Origin: Candidatus Woesearchaeota archaeon
Lineage (GTDB): Archaea > Nanobdellota > Nanobdellia > Pacearchaeales > GW2011-AR1
Direction: 5' to 3'
Length of the DNA stretch: 33,593 nucleotides
Assembly (NCBI GenBank): GCA_964466855.1
Contig: CAYXOE010000002.1
Span: 1 to 33,593 of the forward strand
Shown: piece after piece, positions 17,343 through 25,499 of the stretch
How positions within the stretch are numbered: the stretch's first letter is position 1
Layout of the letters: each line of letters opens with the position of its first letter
Translations under genes and position numbers: made by a program
The notes under the pieces: generated by a model
What the model saw: the letters and a program-made list of their open reading frames with translations, nothing else
Databases searched by the model: none
What the model was told of the DNA's origin: nothing

Positions 17343-18779
17343 TCATCCTTTAATAAATTTCCCCAATGCTGGATTTATAATTTCAGGATGCTGCTGTGCA
17401 ATGCTCTGATAAAATTGGTTTGTAATCATGATGACTAACAGGATAGATGTTCCTGAAACCAGTGCCCCCATTAAATCAGTTATTGAAGCTAAAAGTCCGA
17501 TGGCCAAACCCCCCATAACCGTCAAAGGCATAATATATCTGTCAAGAATTGTTTCCAAAACTCTTTCATCTTGCCTGAAACCCGCAATCTGCAATCCAGA
17601 TGCAGCAATTTTATGCGCCTGTGATTTTGCATCCATGCCGGATGTTTTAACCCAGAATACAGCGAACAGCGTCGAGAAAGTCATGAAGAATAATGCATGG
17701 ATGATTCCCTGCAAAATATATCGCGGCAAAAATCCCCCCCTAATCAGCAAATCAAGAATGTCTGTCGAGCCAATCCAAAATGCAAAACCAGAGACAGCTT
17801 GTCCCTGTACAAACTGCCCCAGGAATGTGAAACGCGAAGCAAATTTTGCAAGCCCTGTGCAAACTCCGCCTGACAGACATGATGATGCCGCATTTTCAAA
17901 AATCCCCCCGAATAACTGTATGTTTGCAACCAACGCTGCTGTTAAAATAACAGGAATAACAGATGCATAAAAAAATTGCAATGGCTGCTTGACAGTATAT
18001 CCTCTTATTTTCCCGAATGACAAGGGAATCTCAACCCTTAAACTTTGGGCCCAGACAACCAACAAAAATATTCCAACAGTAACTGCTATTGTAACAAGTG
18101 CGGAGATTAATTCAATATTTTGCTTTGTAATGAGCGATTGAATTATAACGAGAACTTTTCCGGAGCAGGGTGTTGTTGAGAAATTAAGAAGGCAATTTCT
18201 TCCTTGCTGGTCTATGAATTGCAATGTGCTTGTTATCAGTCTCCATGAAACGCCGGCTGCGATAAATAAACTTATTCCTTGCCCAAATCCCCATTTTCCC
18301 ACCAATTCATCCATGTAATAAATTGCGAGGCCGCCAAGAATAAGCTGGAAAATTACAAGCCATGCAAATCCGGGCGCTGCCTGGAGCCCCTGCATTAGAA
18401 CGTAAATCACAGCTTCAAAAATTATGAAGAAAAAGGTCAGCAATTTTTGAAGTCCCTGAAAAAATCTCCTTCCTTCTGCGTTTGTCGTATCAATATTCAG
18501 GATTCCGGAACCTACAAGCAGTTGCAAAATAACAGATGCTGTTACAATTGGCCCGATACCAAGAGAGATTATGCTTCCAAAATTAGTCCCCAAAATTATC
18601 GCAAGATATTGGAATCTTGAAAGTGCATTCTGTGTCAGACCAAAAAGCGGAACATTAGTAAGGATAAAAAATGCAAGCAAAACAATAATAGTCCATTTGG
18701 CTTTCTCACCAAAGCTAAGTTTTTTCTCTTCGGGAGATTTAATCTCTGGAATAAACTTTAGAATTCCTCTAAAATCCAT
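17343..18779 (-). CDS. secY: Preprotein translocase subunit SecY
   Basis: 478 aa with 10 TM helices. Archaeal SecY/Sec61alpha N-terminus ('PEIKSPEEKKLSFGEKAKWT') and canonical position after uL15. Confidence 0.95.
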   Translation of the reverse strand: MDFRGILKFIPEIKSPEEKKLSFGEKAKWTIIVLLAFFILTNVPLFGLTQNALSRFQYLAIILGTNFGSIISLGIGPIVTASVILQLLVGSGILNIDTTNAEGRRFFQGLQKLLTFFFIIFEAVIYVLMQGLQAAPGFAWLVIFQLILGGLAIYYMDELVGKWGFGQGISLFIAAGVSWRLITSTLQFIDQQGRNCLLNFSTTPCSGKVLVIIQSLITKQNIELISALVTIAVTVGIFLLVVWAQSLRVEIPLSFGKIRGYTVKQPLQFFYASVIPVILTAALVANIQLFGGIFENAASSCLSGGVCTGLAKFASRFTFLGQFVQGQAVSGFAFWIGSTDILDLLIRGGFLPRYILQGIIHALFFMTFSTLFAVFWVKTSGMDAKSQAHKIAASGLQIAGFRQDERVLETILDRYIMPLTVMGGLAIGLLASITDLMGALVSGTSILLVIMITNQFYQSIAQQHPEIINPALGKFIKG

Positions 18780-18786
18780 ATTATTT

Positions 18787-19263
18787 TTATTCTTTATTTT
18801 CAGCAGGATTCTGCTTTAAAATAATCTCTCCACCACTTTTTTTAATTTTCTCCTGTGTGTTTTCAGAAGCGCTTCTTGCCTTTATGAATAATTTATTTTT
18901 TATTTCGCCATCTCCAAGAATTTTATAAGAATCTAAATTAATTTCAAATCCTTCATTAGTTTTTTTTGCAATCCCCTTTTTTATGAAATTATCAAGATTC
19001 ATTTCAATGTTTGCCAAATTTATTCTCAAAGATTTATCTTTCCGCGTTTTTCTGCTTGTTATTCCTTGCTTTCCGAAATATTTGTTCCCGTATAATTTTG
19101 TAACGAGAGTTTTTTTCTGGTCAGCTCTTTTTCCGGTTCCAGCCATACCCTTTCCGCCCCTGTGTCCGCTTTTCTTATGTTTTTTTCTCGCGCCCCAACC
19201 ATAAGTTCCTGCTCTTTTTCCTCGATATTTCTGTGTTTTCCTTTTTCTGTGTGTTTTTATCAT
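18787..19263 (-). CDS. rpl15: 50S ribosomal protein uL15
   Basis: 'RKRKTQKYRGKRAGTYGWGARKKHKKSGHRGGKGMAGTGKR' is the uL15 N-terminal signature. ATGA overlap with uL30. Confidence 0.95.
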   Translation of the reverse strand: MIKTHRKRKTQKYRGKRAGTYGWGARKKHKKSGHRGGKGMAGTGKRADQKKTLVTKLYGNKYFGKQGITSRKTRKDKSLRINLANIEMNLDNFIKKGIAKKTNEGFEINLDSYKILGDGEIKNKLFIKARSASENTQEKIKKSGGEIILKQNPAENKE

Positions 19264-19685
19264 AGCATCCTCTCCAGCAACTCATTTATTTTTTCTTTGT
19301 GATTTCCCAAAACCCCGCGCGCAACTCCAAAATGCTTTTTGCTGTCAATTCCTCCTCGCGGCGGATGCAATCTGAAAAAAGGCTTCAAATTAAATTCCTC
19401 ATACTTTTTTCCTTTTTCAATTTCTTTTGCAGCTTCCTTCGCATTAATCTTTTTAGATTTATCAAGCAAATTTCCGCGTTTTTCAATTAATTTTTCAAAC
19501 ATGTTTTCATTTATTTCTCCATAAGCGACAAAATCCTTTACTTTTTTAATCATGCCTAATTTTTCCTTTGTTGCATGAGGAATTACGACGCAGGAATATT
19601 TTTTCTTTAGCCTCAACCTGCTGAGAGTTTCCTCAATATTTTTTTGAATTCCAACTTCTCCTCGGATTCTGATTATTGCTATCAT
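19260..19685 (-). CDS. rpl30: 50S ribosomal protein uL30
   Basis: 'MIAIIRIRGEVGIQKNIEETLSRLRLKKKYSCVVIP'. Start set at ATG 19685, which makes an ATGA overlap with the uS5 stop. The tracked ORF extends 11 codons further. Confidence 0.93.
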   Translation of the reverse strand: MIAIIRIRGEVGIQKNIEETLSRLRLKKKYSCVVIPHATKEKLGMIKKVKDFVAYGEINENMFEKLIEKRGNLLDKSKKINAKEAAKEIEKGKKYEEFNLKPFFRLHPPRGGIDSKKHFGVARGVLGNHKEKINELLERML

Positions 19686-20488
19686 CTTATGTTTGTTTTC
19701 TCCAATGCATTTATGCATGCTTTAGCTAAGTTAAATGTTGTTTGTTTTTTCCCGAATGTTTTTGTATAGATATCTTTTATACCCGCTAGCTTCAAAACTT
19801 TTTTCAATTCATCAGCTGCAACAAGCCCTGTTCCTTGAGGAGCAGGTATCAAAGTTATCCTGACACTTCCGGACTGTCCCGTCACTTTCATTGGAATTGA
19901 ATGCGGGTCTGCATCTGAACAATCAAAACTCCCGCACCCTCTTCTTATTTTTATCAAAGACAATTTTGCTTTTCTTACTGCCTTGTCTCTTGCAGGAAGG
20001 GTTTCTTTCGCTTTACCTTCACCAACTCCCACATGCCCATTTTCATCGCCAACAATAGCGAATGCTGAAAAGTTGGGGATATTTCCTTCTTTTGTTTTTT
20101 TCTGAGTTTGTCTCCACGCCCGCCTTTTCCCGCCGCCGAACTTTCCTTTTGATTGCCCCACCGAACTCAAATCAACTTTCAAATTTATTAGAGAATCAAC
20201 TATCTTGTCTTCCAAAATTTTCAAATGATTATCAAGAATATAGTCAATGTCTTTTATTTTCCCTTCCTTTACTTCTTTTCCTAATTTTGTTTTCGGATTC
20301 CATGATATATATTCTGTTTTTGTTTCAATAACTTTGGGAATTTTCTGAAGCTCTTTGTCGATTTCTTTTTCCAGTTCTTCTTCTCCGGCATTCACATCAC
20401 TTTCAATTATTTTTTCAGCGGCATCGGCTATCGGAGATTCATAATATTCTTTTTTGATTTCTATTTTTTTGCTTTCTTTTTCAGCCAT
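19682..20488 (-). CDS. rps5: 30S ribosomal protein uS5 with a long acidic N-terminal extension
   Basis: The 'WNPKTKLGKEVKEGKIKDIDYIL' core begins at residue 63. The dsRBD-like and C-terminal uS5 domains follow. Confidence 0.95.
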   Translation of the reverse strand: MAEKESKKIEIKKEYYESPIADAAEKIIESDVNAGEEELEKEIDKELQKIPKVIETKTEYISWNPKTKLGKEVKEGKIKDIDYILDNHLKILEDKIVDSLINLKVDLSSVGQSKGKFGGGKRRAWRQTQKKTKEGNIPNFSAFAIVGDENGHVGVGEGKAKETLPARDKAVRKAKLSLIKIRRGCGSFDCSDADPHSIPMKVTGQSGSVRITLIPAPQGTGLVAADELKKVLKLAGIKDIYTKTFGKKQTTFNLAKACINALEKTNIR

Positions 20489-20489
20489 T

Positions 20490-20990
20490 TTATTTAAACT
20501 CCCTATTGATGCTGTCTTTTATTTTATCAAAAGTGTCTGAAAAATCTTCTTTTAGGTTTTTTCCTTTGATTCTTCCTTCTTCAGGAAATATTTTTTTATC
20601 ATGATTAATTTTTAATCCGGAATCAACAAGCCCCCTCAAGAATGCATATGGCGCTGTTTTGTGAATTGGAGAAGTCATTCCAATATCCAATATTGGTATT
20701 TGCTTTTTATCCTTTAAAATTTTTTTTCCGATTAAATATCCTGTTAAATATGAGGCAGAGATTGAGCGCAAACTTCCGTCAAATACTTTTGGCCATCCGT
20801 ATTTTTTAAGTTCTCTGGAAGTAATGCCAATCTCAATTTTCTCTTTTGCTTCTTTTGTCACAATATATTGTGCAATAATGTACTTGTTTGTTTTTCTGAA
20901 TACAATTCTTGGAGATCTGCCTCTGAGTAATTTTATCCTCCTGGAATAATCTGTCTTCCCCTCCCGTCTTCTGTTAAAAATCCGTTTCAT
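20490..20990 (-). CDS. rpl18: 50S ribosomal protein uL18
   Basis: 'RRREGKTDYSRRIKLLRGRSPRIVFRKTNKYIIAQ' is the archaeal uL18 signature. Confidence 0.95.
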   Translation of the reverse strand: MKRIFNRRREGKTDYSRRIKLLRGRSPRIVFRKTNKYIIAQYIVTKEAKEKIEIGITSRELKKYGWPKVFDGSLRSISASYLTGYLIGKKILKDKKQIPILDIGMTSPIHKTAPYAFLRGLVDSGLKINHDKKIFPEEGRIKGKNLKEDFSDTFDKIKDSINREFK

Positions 20991-21394
20991 TTTTTGAGCG
21001 TTGAAAGATATTCCTTCAGCTGAAATTTACTTTTGAAATATCTGTTTCTGATTTTTTTTCTTATATCAAATATCTGCTTTTTGGTTATTAGATTTTTATT
21101 TTTTAATTCCTGGATGTGATTTCTTAATTTTCTTGTCAAGATTATATATTCTTTTTTTTTGTTTTTAGCATGTTTCTTAATATTTCCGGCGCCTTTTTTG
21201 GCCTTTCTTCTTTTCATAGCCCTCTTTGCTTTAATCGGTTTTATTATTATCGCTCCATCTGCTCTCAAGTTTCTTATGTCTTCTTTTGTGATCGCTTCTT
21301 TGATTTCATCAAGCCTTGGTTCTATAAACAAAATTCTTGATTTGCTCACATTAAAAATTCGTGCAGCCAATGCTTTTTTCTTATCTAGTTTCAT
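20987..21394 (-). CDS. rpl19e: 50S ribosomal protein eL19
   Basis: 'KKALAARIFNVSKSRILFIEPRLDEIKEAITKEDIRNL' is the eL19 N-terminal domain. ATGA overlaps on both sides. Confidence 0.93.
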   Translation of the reverse strand: MKLDKKKALAARIFNVSKSRILFIEPRLDEIKEAITKEDIRNLRADGAIIIKPIKAKRAMKRRKAKKGAGNIKKHAKNKKKEYIILTRKLRNHIQELKNKNLITKKQIFDIRKKIRNRYFKSKFQLKEYLSTLKK

Positions 21395-21765
21395 TTTTTA
21401 TCTTTGCCTTTTTTTAGGAAATTTTCCAGATTTAAATTGTAAATTTGTATGTTGTTTTCTTTTGCCTTTTTTGCAATTTCAATTTTCTTCTTATTTCCTA
21501 TTTTTCCCAAAATTGCAATCTGCCCTTTTCTGACTCTTGAAAGTTCATTAAGATTGTTTACTCTCATCAATTCTTTGCCCCCGATTTTTTCACGGGAATT
21601 TTTTTCTTTTCTGTATCCGATGCTGACAACAGGGCCATAACCGCTTCTCTTCTCCCTCATTTTATTGTCTCTTCCATGAGGACGCCTCCAAACCTGCTTT
21701 TTCTTCCTTCTCTTTCCGGTCTTGGAATATCTTTCCCAGCCTCGTCTCAAAAATTTTGCAGTCAT
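21391..21765 (-). CDS. rpl32e: 50S ribosomal protein eL32
   Basis: 'WRRPHGRDNKMREKRSGYGPVVSIGYR' is the eL32 core. Confidence 0.93.
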   Translation of the reverse strand: MTAKFLRRGWERYSKTGKRRKKKQVWRRPHGRDNKMREKRSGYGPVVSIGYRKEKNSREKIGGKELMRVNNLNELSRVRKGQIAILGKIGNKKKIEIAKKAKENNIQIYNLNLENFLKKGKDKK

Positions 21766-22304
21766 ATTTCTTTTCCCGCTTTATTTATTATGTAAATGCC
21801 GTCCTGAAAAACTCTTAAATCTCTCTTCTTGATTTTCGTCGCTGTTTCTATATTTGCCGCCGCCTGCCCTGCAATTTCTTTATTTGCAGAACTTACAGCA
21901 ATTATGTCTTTTTCGATTTTCACTTCGGCGCCTTTTGGAATTTTCGCTTTCCTGTTTTCTTTTTCTCCGAGGAAATTTTTTATTATCAATTCATCACTTT
22001 TTACTTCCGCTGTGATTGGAAAATGCGAGAAAACAATTTTCAATTGATATTCAAATTTCTTTGAAATGCCTTTAATCATATTATTGATATGCGCTCTCAT
22101 CGTGTTTATTCTTTTCTTTTCCTTTTTTGTTGCTTTTTTGCAGTCAATAATAAAATGATTATTTTCTTTTTTAATTTCTAAATTTCTCATATCAAATTTT
22201 CTTTTTATTTCGCCCTCAGGCCCCTTTGCCAGAATCGTGTTTCCTTCTGTGATAATCTCGACATTTTCTGGAATTTCTATCTTTTGTGTTATCTCCCGTT
22301 TCAT
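21762..22304 (-). CDS. rpl6: 50S ribosomal protein uL6
   Basis: 'IEIPENVEIITEGNTILAKGPEGEIKRKF' and a two-domain uL6 layout, in the canonical position. Confidence 0.95.
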   Translation of the reverse strand: MKREITQKIEIPENVEIITEGNTILAKGPEGEIKRKFDMRNLEIKKENNHFIIDCKKATKKEKKRINTMRAHINNMIKGISKKFEYQLKIVFSHFPITAEVKSDELIIKNFLGEKENRKAKIPKGAEVKIEKDIIAVSSANKEIAGQAAANIETATKIKKRDLRVFQDGIYIINKAGKEI

Positions 22305-22306
22305 TT

Positions 22307-22687
22307 TTAGTAAAAGTAAGAAATCAATATTCCTCCTGTTCCTTTTTCTATTGCCTCTTCATGAGCCATTAATCCCCTATTTGTTGAAATTATTATTGTT
22401 CCAATGTTTCTTGCAGGCAAATATCTTCTTCTGTATTTTTCTATTTGTTCTTTGTTTGCAGTAAATCTTGGTTTTATTGCTCTGCATTCAATAAAATCGC
22501 CGAATACGACCTCAACACTTCTGTTTTTGCTGTCTATTTTGTATCTTTTGATTGCCTCTTTTTGCTTCATGATTTTCAGAATTTCAATTAAAAGATCTGA
22601 AATTCTGTTTATTCTGATGTTTTCGCGTCCTGCTCTCTTTGCATTTCTTATCATATTCAAACTATCTGAAACAATATCTTGTGACAT
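22307..22687 (-). CDS. rps8: 30S ribosomal protein uS8
   Basis: 'MSQDIVSDSLNMIRNAKRAGRENI'. Start set at ATG 22687, giving a TAATG 1-nt overlap with the uS14 stop. The 37 upstream codons of the tracked ORF are read-through of the uS14 coding region in another frame. Confidence 0.93.
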   Translation of the reverse strand: MSQDIVSDSLNMIRNAKRAGRENIRINRISDLLIEILKIMKQKEAIKRYKIDSKNRSVEVVFGDFIECRAIKPRFTANKEQIEKYRRRYLPARNIGTIIISTNRGLMAHEEAIEKGTGGILISYFY

Positions 22688-22917
22688 TATGAGTATTTTT
22701 TGAAACCGATTTCCTCCGCAATTTCTCTGAAACATTGTCTGCATAAATTTAATCCATATGAGCCTATGTGTGCACCAAATCTGCCGCATCTCTCGCATTT
22801 GTTCATCGATATTCCATATTTCCTTTCTTTTGGCTTGTTGTGCCTTATGAACTTGTCTAATTTAACGGGCTTATTCTTAAGCTGCTTTGTTATTTTTTTC
22901 CAATCGCTTGCTGTCAT
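22687..22917 (-). CDS. rps14: 30S ribosomal protein uS14 (zinc-binding type)
   Basis: 'KCERCGRFGAHIGSYGLNLCRQCFREIAEEIGFKKYS' is the CxxC...CxxC uS14 core. A GGAGG sits 8 nt upstream of ATG 22917. The N-terminus is about 20 aa longer than typical. Confidence 0.93.
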   Translation of the reverse strand: MTASDWKKITKQLKNKPVKLDKFIRHNKPKERKYGISMNKCERCGRFGAHIGSYGLNLCRQCFREIAEEIGFKKYS

Positions 22918-22918
22918 T

Positions 22919-23140
22919 TTATTTGCCTCCTAAAAATTCTGTCAAATTTTTTGTATATTTACTAACGTCTTTTCCAAATGAAATAGCAACTTCTCGAGCT
23001 GTTAAATAATCCCTATAAAGAGTCCCTTCTGATACTACTCCCCCTTCTATTAAAACACCACTCGCCATACTTCTGAATGTCTCCATTGCATTTATTGCTT
23101 CTTCCCCATTGCGATAAAATCTATTAACTATCGGCTTCAT
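22919..23140 (-). CDS. Hypothetical 73-aa protein inserted between uL5 and uS14
   Basis: An open frame that exactly fills the uL5-uS14 spacer, with 1-nt gaps on both sides. Near-neutral composition (10 K/R, 9 D/E). I recognise no r-protein motif in it. Confidence 0.6.
   Translation of the reverse strand: MKPIVNRFYRNGEEAINAMETFRSMASGVLIEGGVVSEGTLYRDYLTAREVAISFGKDVSKYTKNLTEFLGGK
22926..22930 (-). promoter_or_regulatory. Shine-Dalgarno GGAGG for uS14
   Basis: cctcc on the plus strand reads GGAGG on the minus strand, 8 nt before ATG 22917. It is embedded in the last codons of the 73-aa ORF. Confidence 0.7.
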
Positions 23141-23141
23141 T

Positions 23142-23645
23142 TTATACGAATCTCGTCTGGAAATTCTCTTCCATGTATTTAATTATTTCTTCTTCGCTAA
23201 CTCTTTGCTTTTTTGGAAGATGACTTTTTTTTATTTTTCTTAGTTGTATCCTTTTTCCGGCCCTTGCAAAAGTTATTGTAACATCGAATCCTGTAATCCC
23301 GATATCTCTCTGATATTCCAGTCCAGGAATTTCAATGTACTCTTTTATTCCGAATGAAAATGTGTTTTCGCTTACTTGTTTTTTTCTTATTTTATTGTCG
23401 ACAGCTGCGAATAATCTTTTCAGCAGCGGTTCGAAATTTCGTCTGATGGTTATTACAGCGCCAACATTTAATTTCGGTCTTACTCCAAGAGTCGGGATTC
23501 TTTTTCGAGTTTTCATTTTTGCAGCTTTTCGTCCTGTAAGTAACTCAATCAGTTTCGCGTTTTTCTCAAGTTTGTCTTCGCTTCCGCCGACACTGATTAC
23601 AACTTTTTCTATTTTTACCTGCCTCATTGAATTTTCTTTTATCAT
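23142..23645 (-). CDS. rpl5: 50S ribosomal protein uL5
   Basis: 'VKIEKVVISVGG...' and 'GITGFDVTITF' match the uL5 core. ATGA overlap with the eS4 stop. Confidence 0.95.
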   Translation of the reverse strand: MIKENSMRQVKIEKVVISVGGSEDKLEKNAKLIELLTGRKAAKMKTRKRIPTLGVRPKLNVGAVITIRRNFEPLLKRLFAAVDNKIRKKQVSENTFSFGIKEYIEIPGLEYQRDIGITGFDVTITFARAGKRIQLRKIKKSHLPKKQRVSEEEIIKYMEENFQTRFV

Positions 23646-24307
23646 TCTAATACCATAATTTGTTTAATTAGGATGTTTATTATTTCATTATTGCTTTCAA
23701 ATTTTGCAATGCCTTTTTTCTCATCAATTTCTTTAATTTTTCCTTCTTCTCCGGCATGTTTTCCGGAAATAACAATCGCCATGGAATCTTTTTTTAATGG
23801 GATACATTTCTCAATTCTTTTTCCTTTCAAATTAATCAGGACAGAATCATTTGTTTTGCATTTCATATCAGAGATGAAATTTTTTCCATCGCTGAGATTT
23901 ATCTGAACTTTCTTTTCCTTCAAAGTTGTTTTGTTGATGACCTTTGATATTTTATGTTCTGCTTCCTGGCCGTGGATTTCTTTCAATTCAAATTTTTTGT
24001 TTTTTCCTATTATCATTTTGTAATTTTTCTCATGAAGATTGCTGTTCTTTGGAGGCAAAATAGTAAGGATATCAAACAACTGGATATTATCCCTATCGTC
24101 GAAAACATTTCTATGATTCAATAAAATCTGTCTGGAATTAAGAGCTTTTTTGACTTCTCTTCTGTCTTTCGCAAAACTCAGCATGTCCCTCAACGCTATC
24201 AAAATCGGGACGCCTTTTTCAATGCTGTAATTGGATCTGACCAAATAAGCCGTTCCTTTCCTTTCAATAGGCCAATTTTTTGGACTTTGCTGCCTTTTTA
24301 AGTGCAT
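23642..24307 (-). CDS. rps4e: 30S ribosomal protein eS4
   Basis: 'HLKRQQSPKNWPIERKGTAYLVRS...PILIALRDML' is the eS4 N-terminal/S4 domain. An AGGAG SD lies upstream. Confidence 0.93.
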   Translation of the reverse strand: MHLKRQQSPKNWPIERKGTAYLVRSNYSIEKGVPILIALRDMLSFAKDRREVKKALNSRQILLNHRNVFDDRDNIQLFDILTILPPKNSNLHEKNYKMIIGKNKKFELKEIHGQEAEHKISKVINKTTLKEKKVQINLSDGKNFISDMKCKTNDSVLINLKGKRIEKCIPLKKDSMAIVISGKHAGEEGKIKEIDEKKGIAKFESNNEIINILIKQIMVLE

Positions 24308-24308
24308 T

Positions 24309-24698
24309 TTATTTCTCCTTTGGTTCTACCTGATTTTTAATTCTTTTCTTGTCATCGAGATTTAGTTCCAATATTTGCAAATTTGATGGTTCTATTTTTA
24401 CATCAACTTTTGAACCGTCTTTTTTCTTTATCTGGATTCCCTCGACGATAATTTTTGAAATTTTTAATAAGACTTTTGTAACTTTCCCTTCTTTTCCATA
24501 AAATTTTCCCCTCATTATCTTAATTTTATCCCCTTTTCTTAAGGGAAAATTTCTCCTTCTATATTTCTTTCTTAATTCTTTTGAAAGATTTGCATTTATG
24601 AAATTCTTTTTGAGATGAAGCGGAGTGTTTGCCGTATATTTCCTCTGTTTCCGAGGTTGTTTGCTTGATTTCCAGTTTTTTTTGAATTTTTGTTTCAT
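24309..24698 (-). CDS. rpl24: 50S ribosomal protein uL24
   Basis: 'SKQPRKQRKYTANTPLHLKKNFINANLSKELRKKY...KGDKIKIMRGKFYGKEGKV' contains the KOW motif. Start set at ATG 24698, 1 nt after the uL14 stop. The tracked ORF extends into uL14. Confidence 0.93.
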   Translation of the reverse strand: MKQKFKKNWKSSKQPRKQRKYTANTPLHLKKNFINANLSKELRKKYRRRNFPLRKGDKIKIMRGKFYGKEGKVTKVLLKISKIIVEGIQIKKKDGSKVDVKIEPSNLQILELNLDDKKRIKNQVEPKEK

Positions 24699-24699
24699 T

Positions 24700-25101
24700 T
24701 TAATATACCATTGCCGCAATTTTCGCCACTTGGGGCCATCTTTCCATGACTTCCCTTGCAACAGGGCCTTTAATTTGCGTCCCTTTTGGATTTCCTTTTT
24801 CATCCTTCAAGAGCGCGACAGCATTATCTTCAAATGCGATTCTTTCTCCATTCAATCTTCTGTAAGATTTTTTCTGCCTTATAACAACAGCATCAAAAAC
24901 TTTCCCCCTCATATCAGGCAGTCCTTTTCGCACGCTGACCTTTACCCAATCTGCAATTTTTGCAGTTGCTTGTCTTCCTTTCTTTGCTTTCCATCTTTTT
25001 ACAGATATGATTTTCACAACTCTTGCCCCGCTATTATCAGATGCGATTACTAATGCACCAAGATTCAATCCCCGTGTTGCTTTTGCTCCTATTGCTTTCA
25101 T
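24700..25101 (-). CDS. rpl14: 50S ribosomal protein uL14
   Basis: 'GLNLGALVIASDNSGARVVKIISV' and 'GERIAFEDNAVALL' match the uL14 core. Confidence 0.95.
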   Translation of the reverse strand: MKAIGAKATRGLNLGALVIASDNSGARVVKIISVKRWKAKKGRQATAKIADWVKVSVRKGLPDMRGKVFDAVVIRQKKSYRRLNGERIAFEDNAVALLKDEKGNPKGTQIKGPVAREVMERWPQVAKIAAMVY

Positions 25102-25457
25102 TTTCTATTCTCTCCGGAATTTATTTTTTCCACGACTACAAAATGTATCAATTTGCTCAATGGGCGGCATTCTTCAATTCTTACATAATCTCCAAAATTA
25201 ATGTTTTTTTCAATGCAAATTGGCAACCTTGCATGAATTCTTGTCTTTAATTTTGCAAATCTTTCGTACTTCTTCACATAGATTGTTCTTTCAAATTCAA
25301 TTACAACTCTCTTATGGAATTTTCTGACCACTTTTCCTTGGAATCCTCTTCCGCGGGTGCTCAATGTCCCATGGAATGGGCAATTAATATCATCACAGTC
25401 AGCTCCGACTATCTTAGGAGTTTTCATTTTGTTTATTTCTTTCATTTCTGTTTTCAT
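25098..25457 (-). CDS. rps17: 30S ribosomal protein uS17
   Basis: 'CDDINCPFHGTLSTRGRGFQGKVV' is the archaeal uS17 N-terminus, followed by an OB fold. The start could instead be one of two downstream in-frame ATGs. Confidence 0.9.
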   Translation of the reverse strand: MKTEMKEINKMKTPKIVGADCDDINCPFHGTLSTRGRGFQGKVVRKFHKRVVIEFERTIYVKKYERFAKLKTRIHARLPICIEKNINFGDYVRIEECRPLSKLIHFVVVEKINSGENRK

Positions 25458-25499
25458 TTTGTCTTGTGCGAATTTTTTCAGGGCAAACCTTGGTTCTTG

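Noticed and set aside
17428-17970. 180-aa plus-strand ORF inside secY, together with the 61-aa ORF at 17744-17929.
   Set aside because: It lies entirely antisense or out of frame within a strongly supported SecY gene. Its translation is Pro/Cys/Ala-rich and low in complexity, with no motif. This is a typical shadow ORF of a relatively GC-rich coding region.
22688-22798. N-terminal extensions in the ORF track for five genes: uS8 (to 22798), uL24 (to 24803), uL30 (to 19718), GT4 (GTG at 12585) and the nucleotidyltransferase (TTG at 8379).
   Set aside because: The extensions read through the preceding gene in another frame, or start at non-ATG codons. Internal ATGs reproduce canonical N-termini and give ATGA/TAATG or 1-nt junctions like the rest of the operon.
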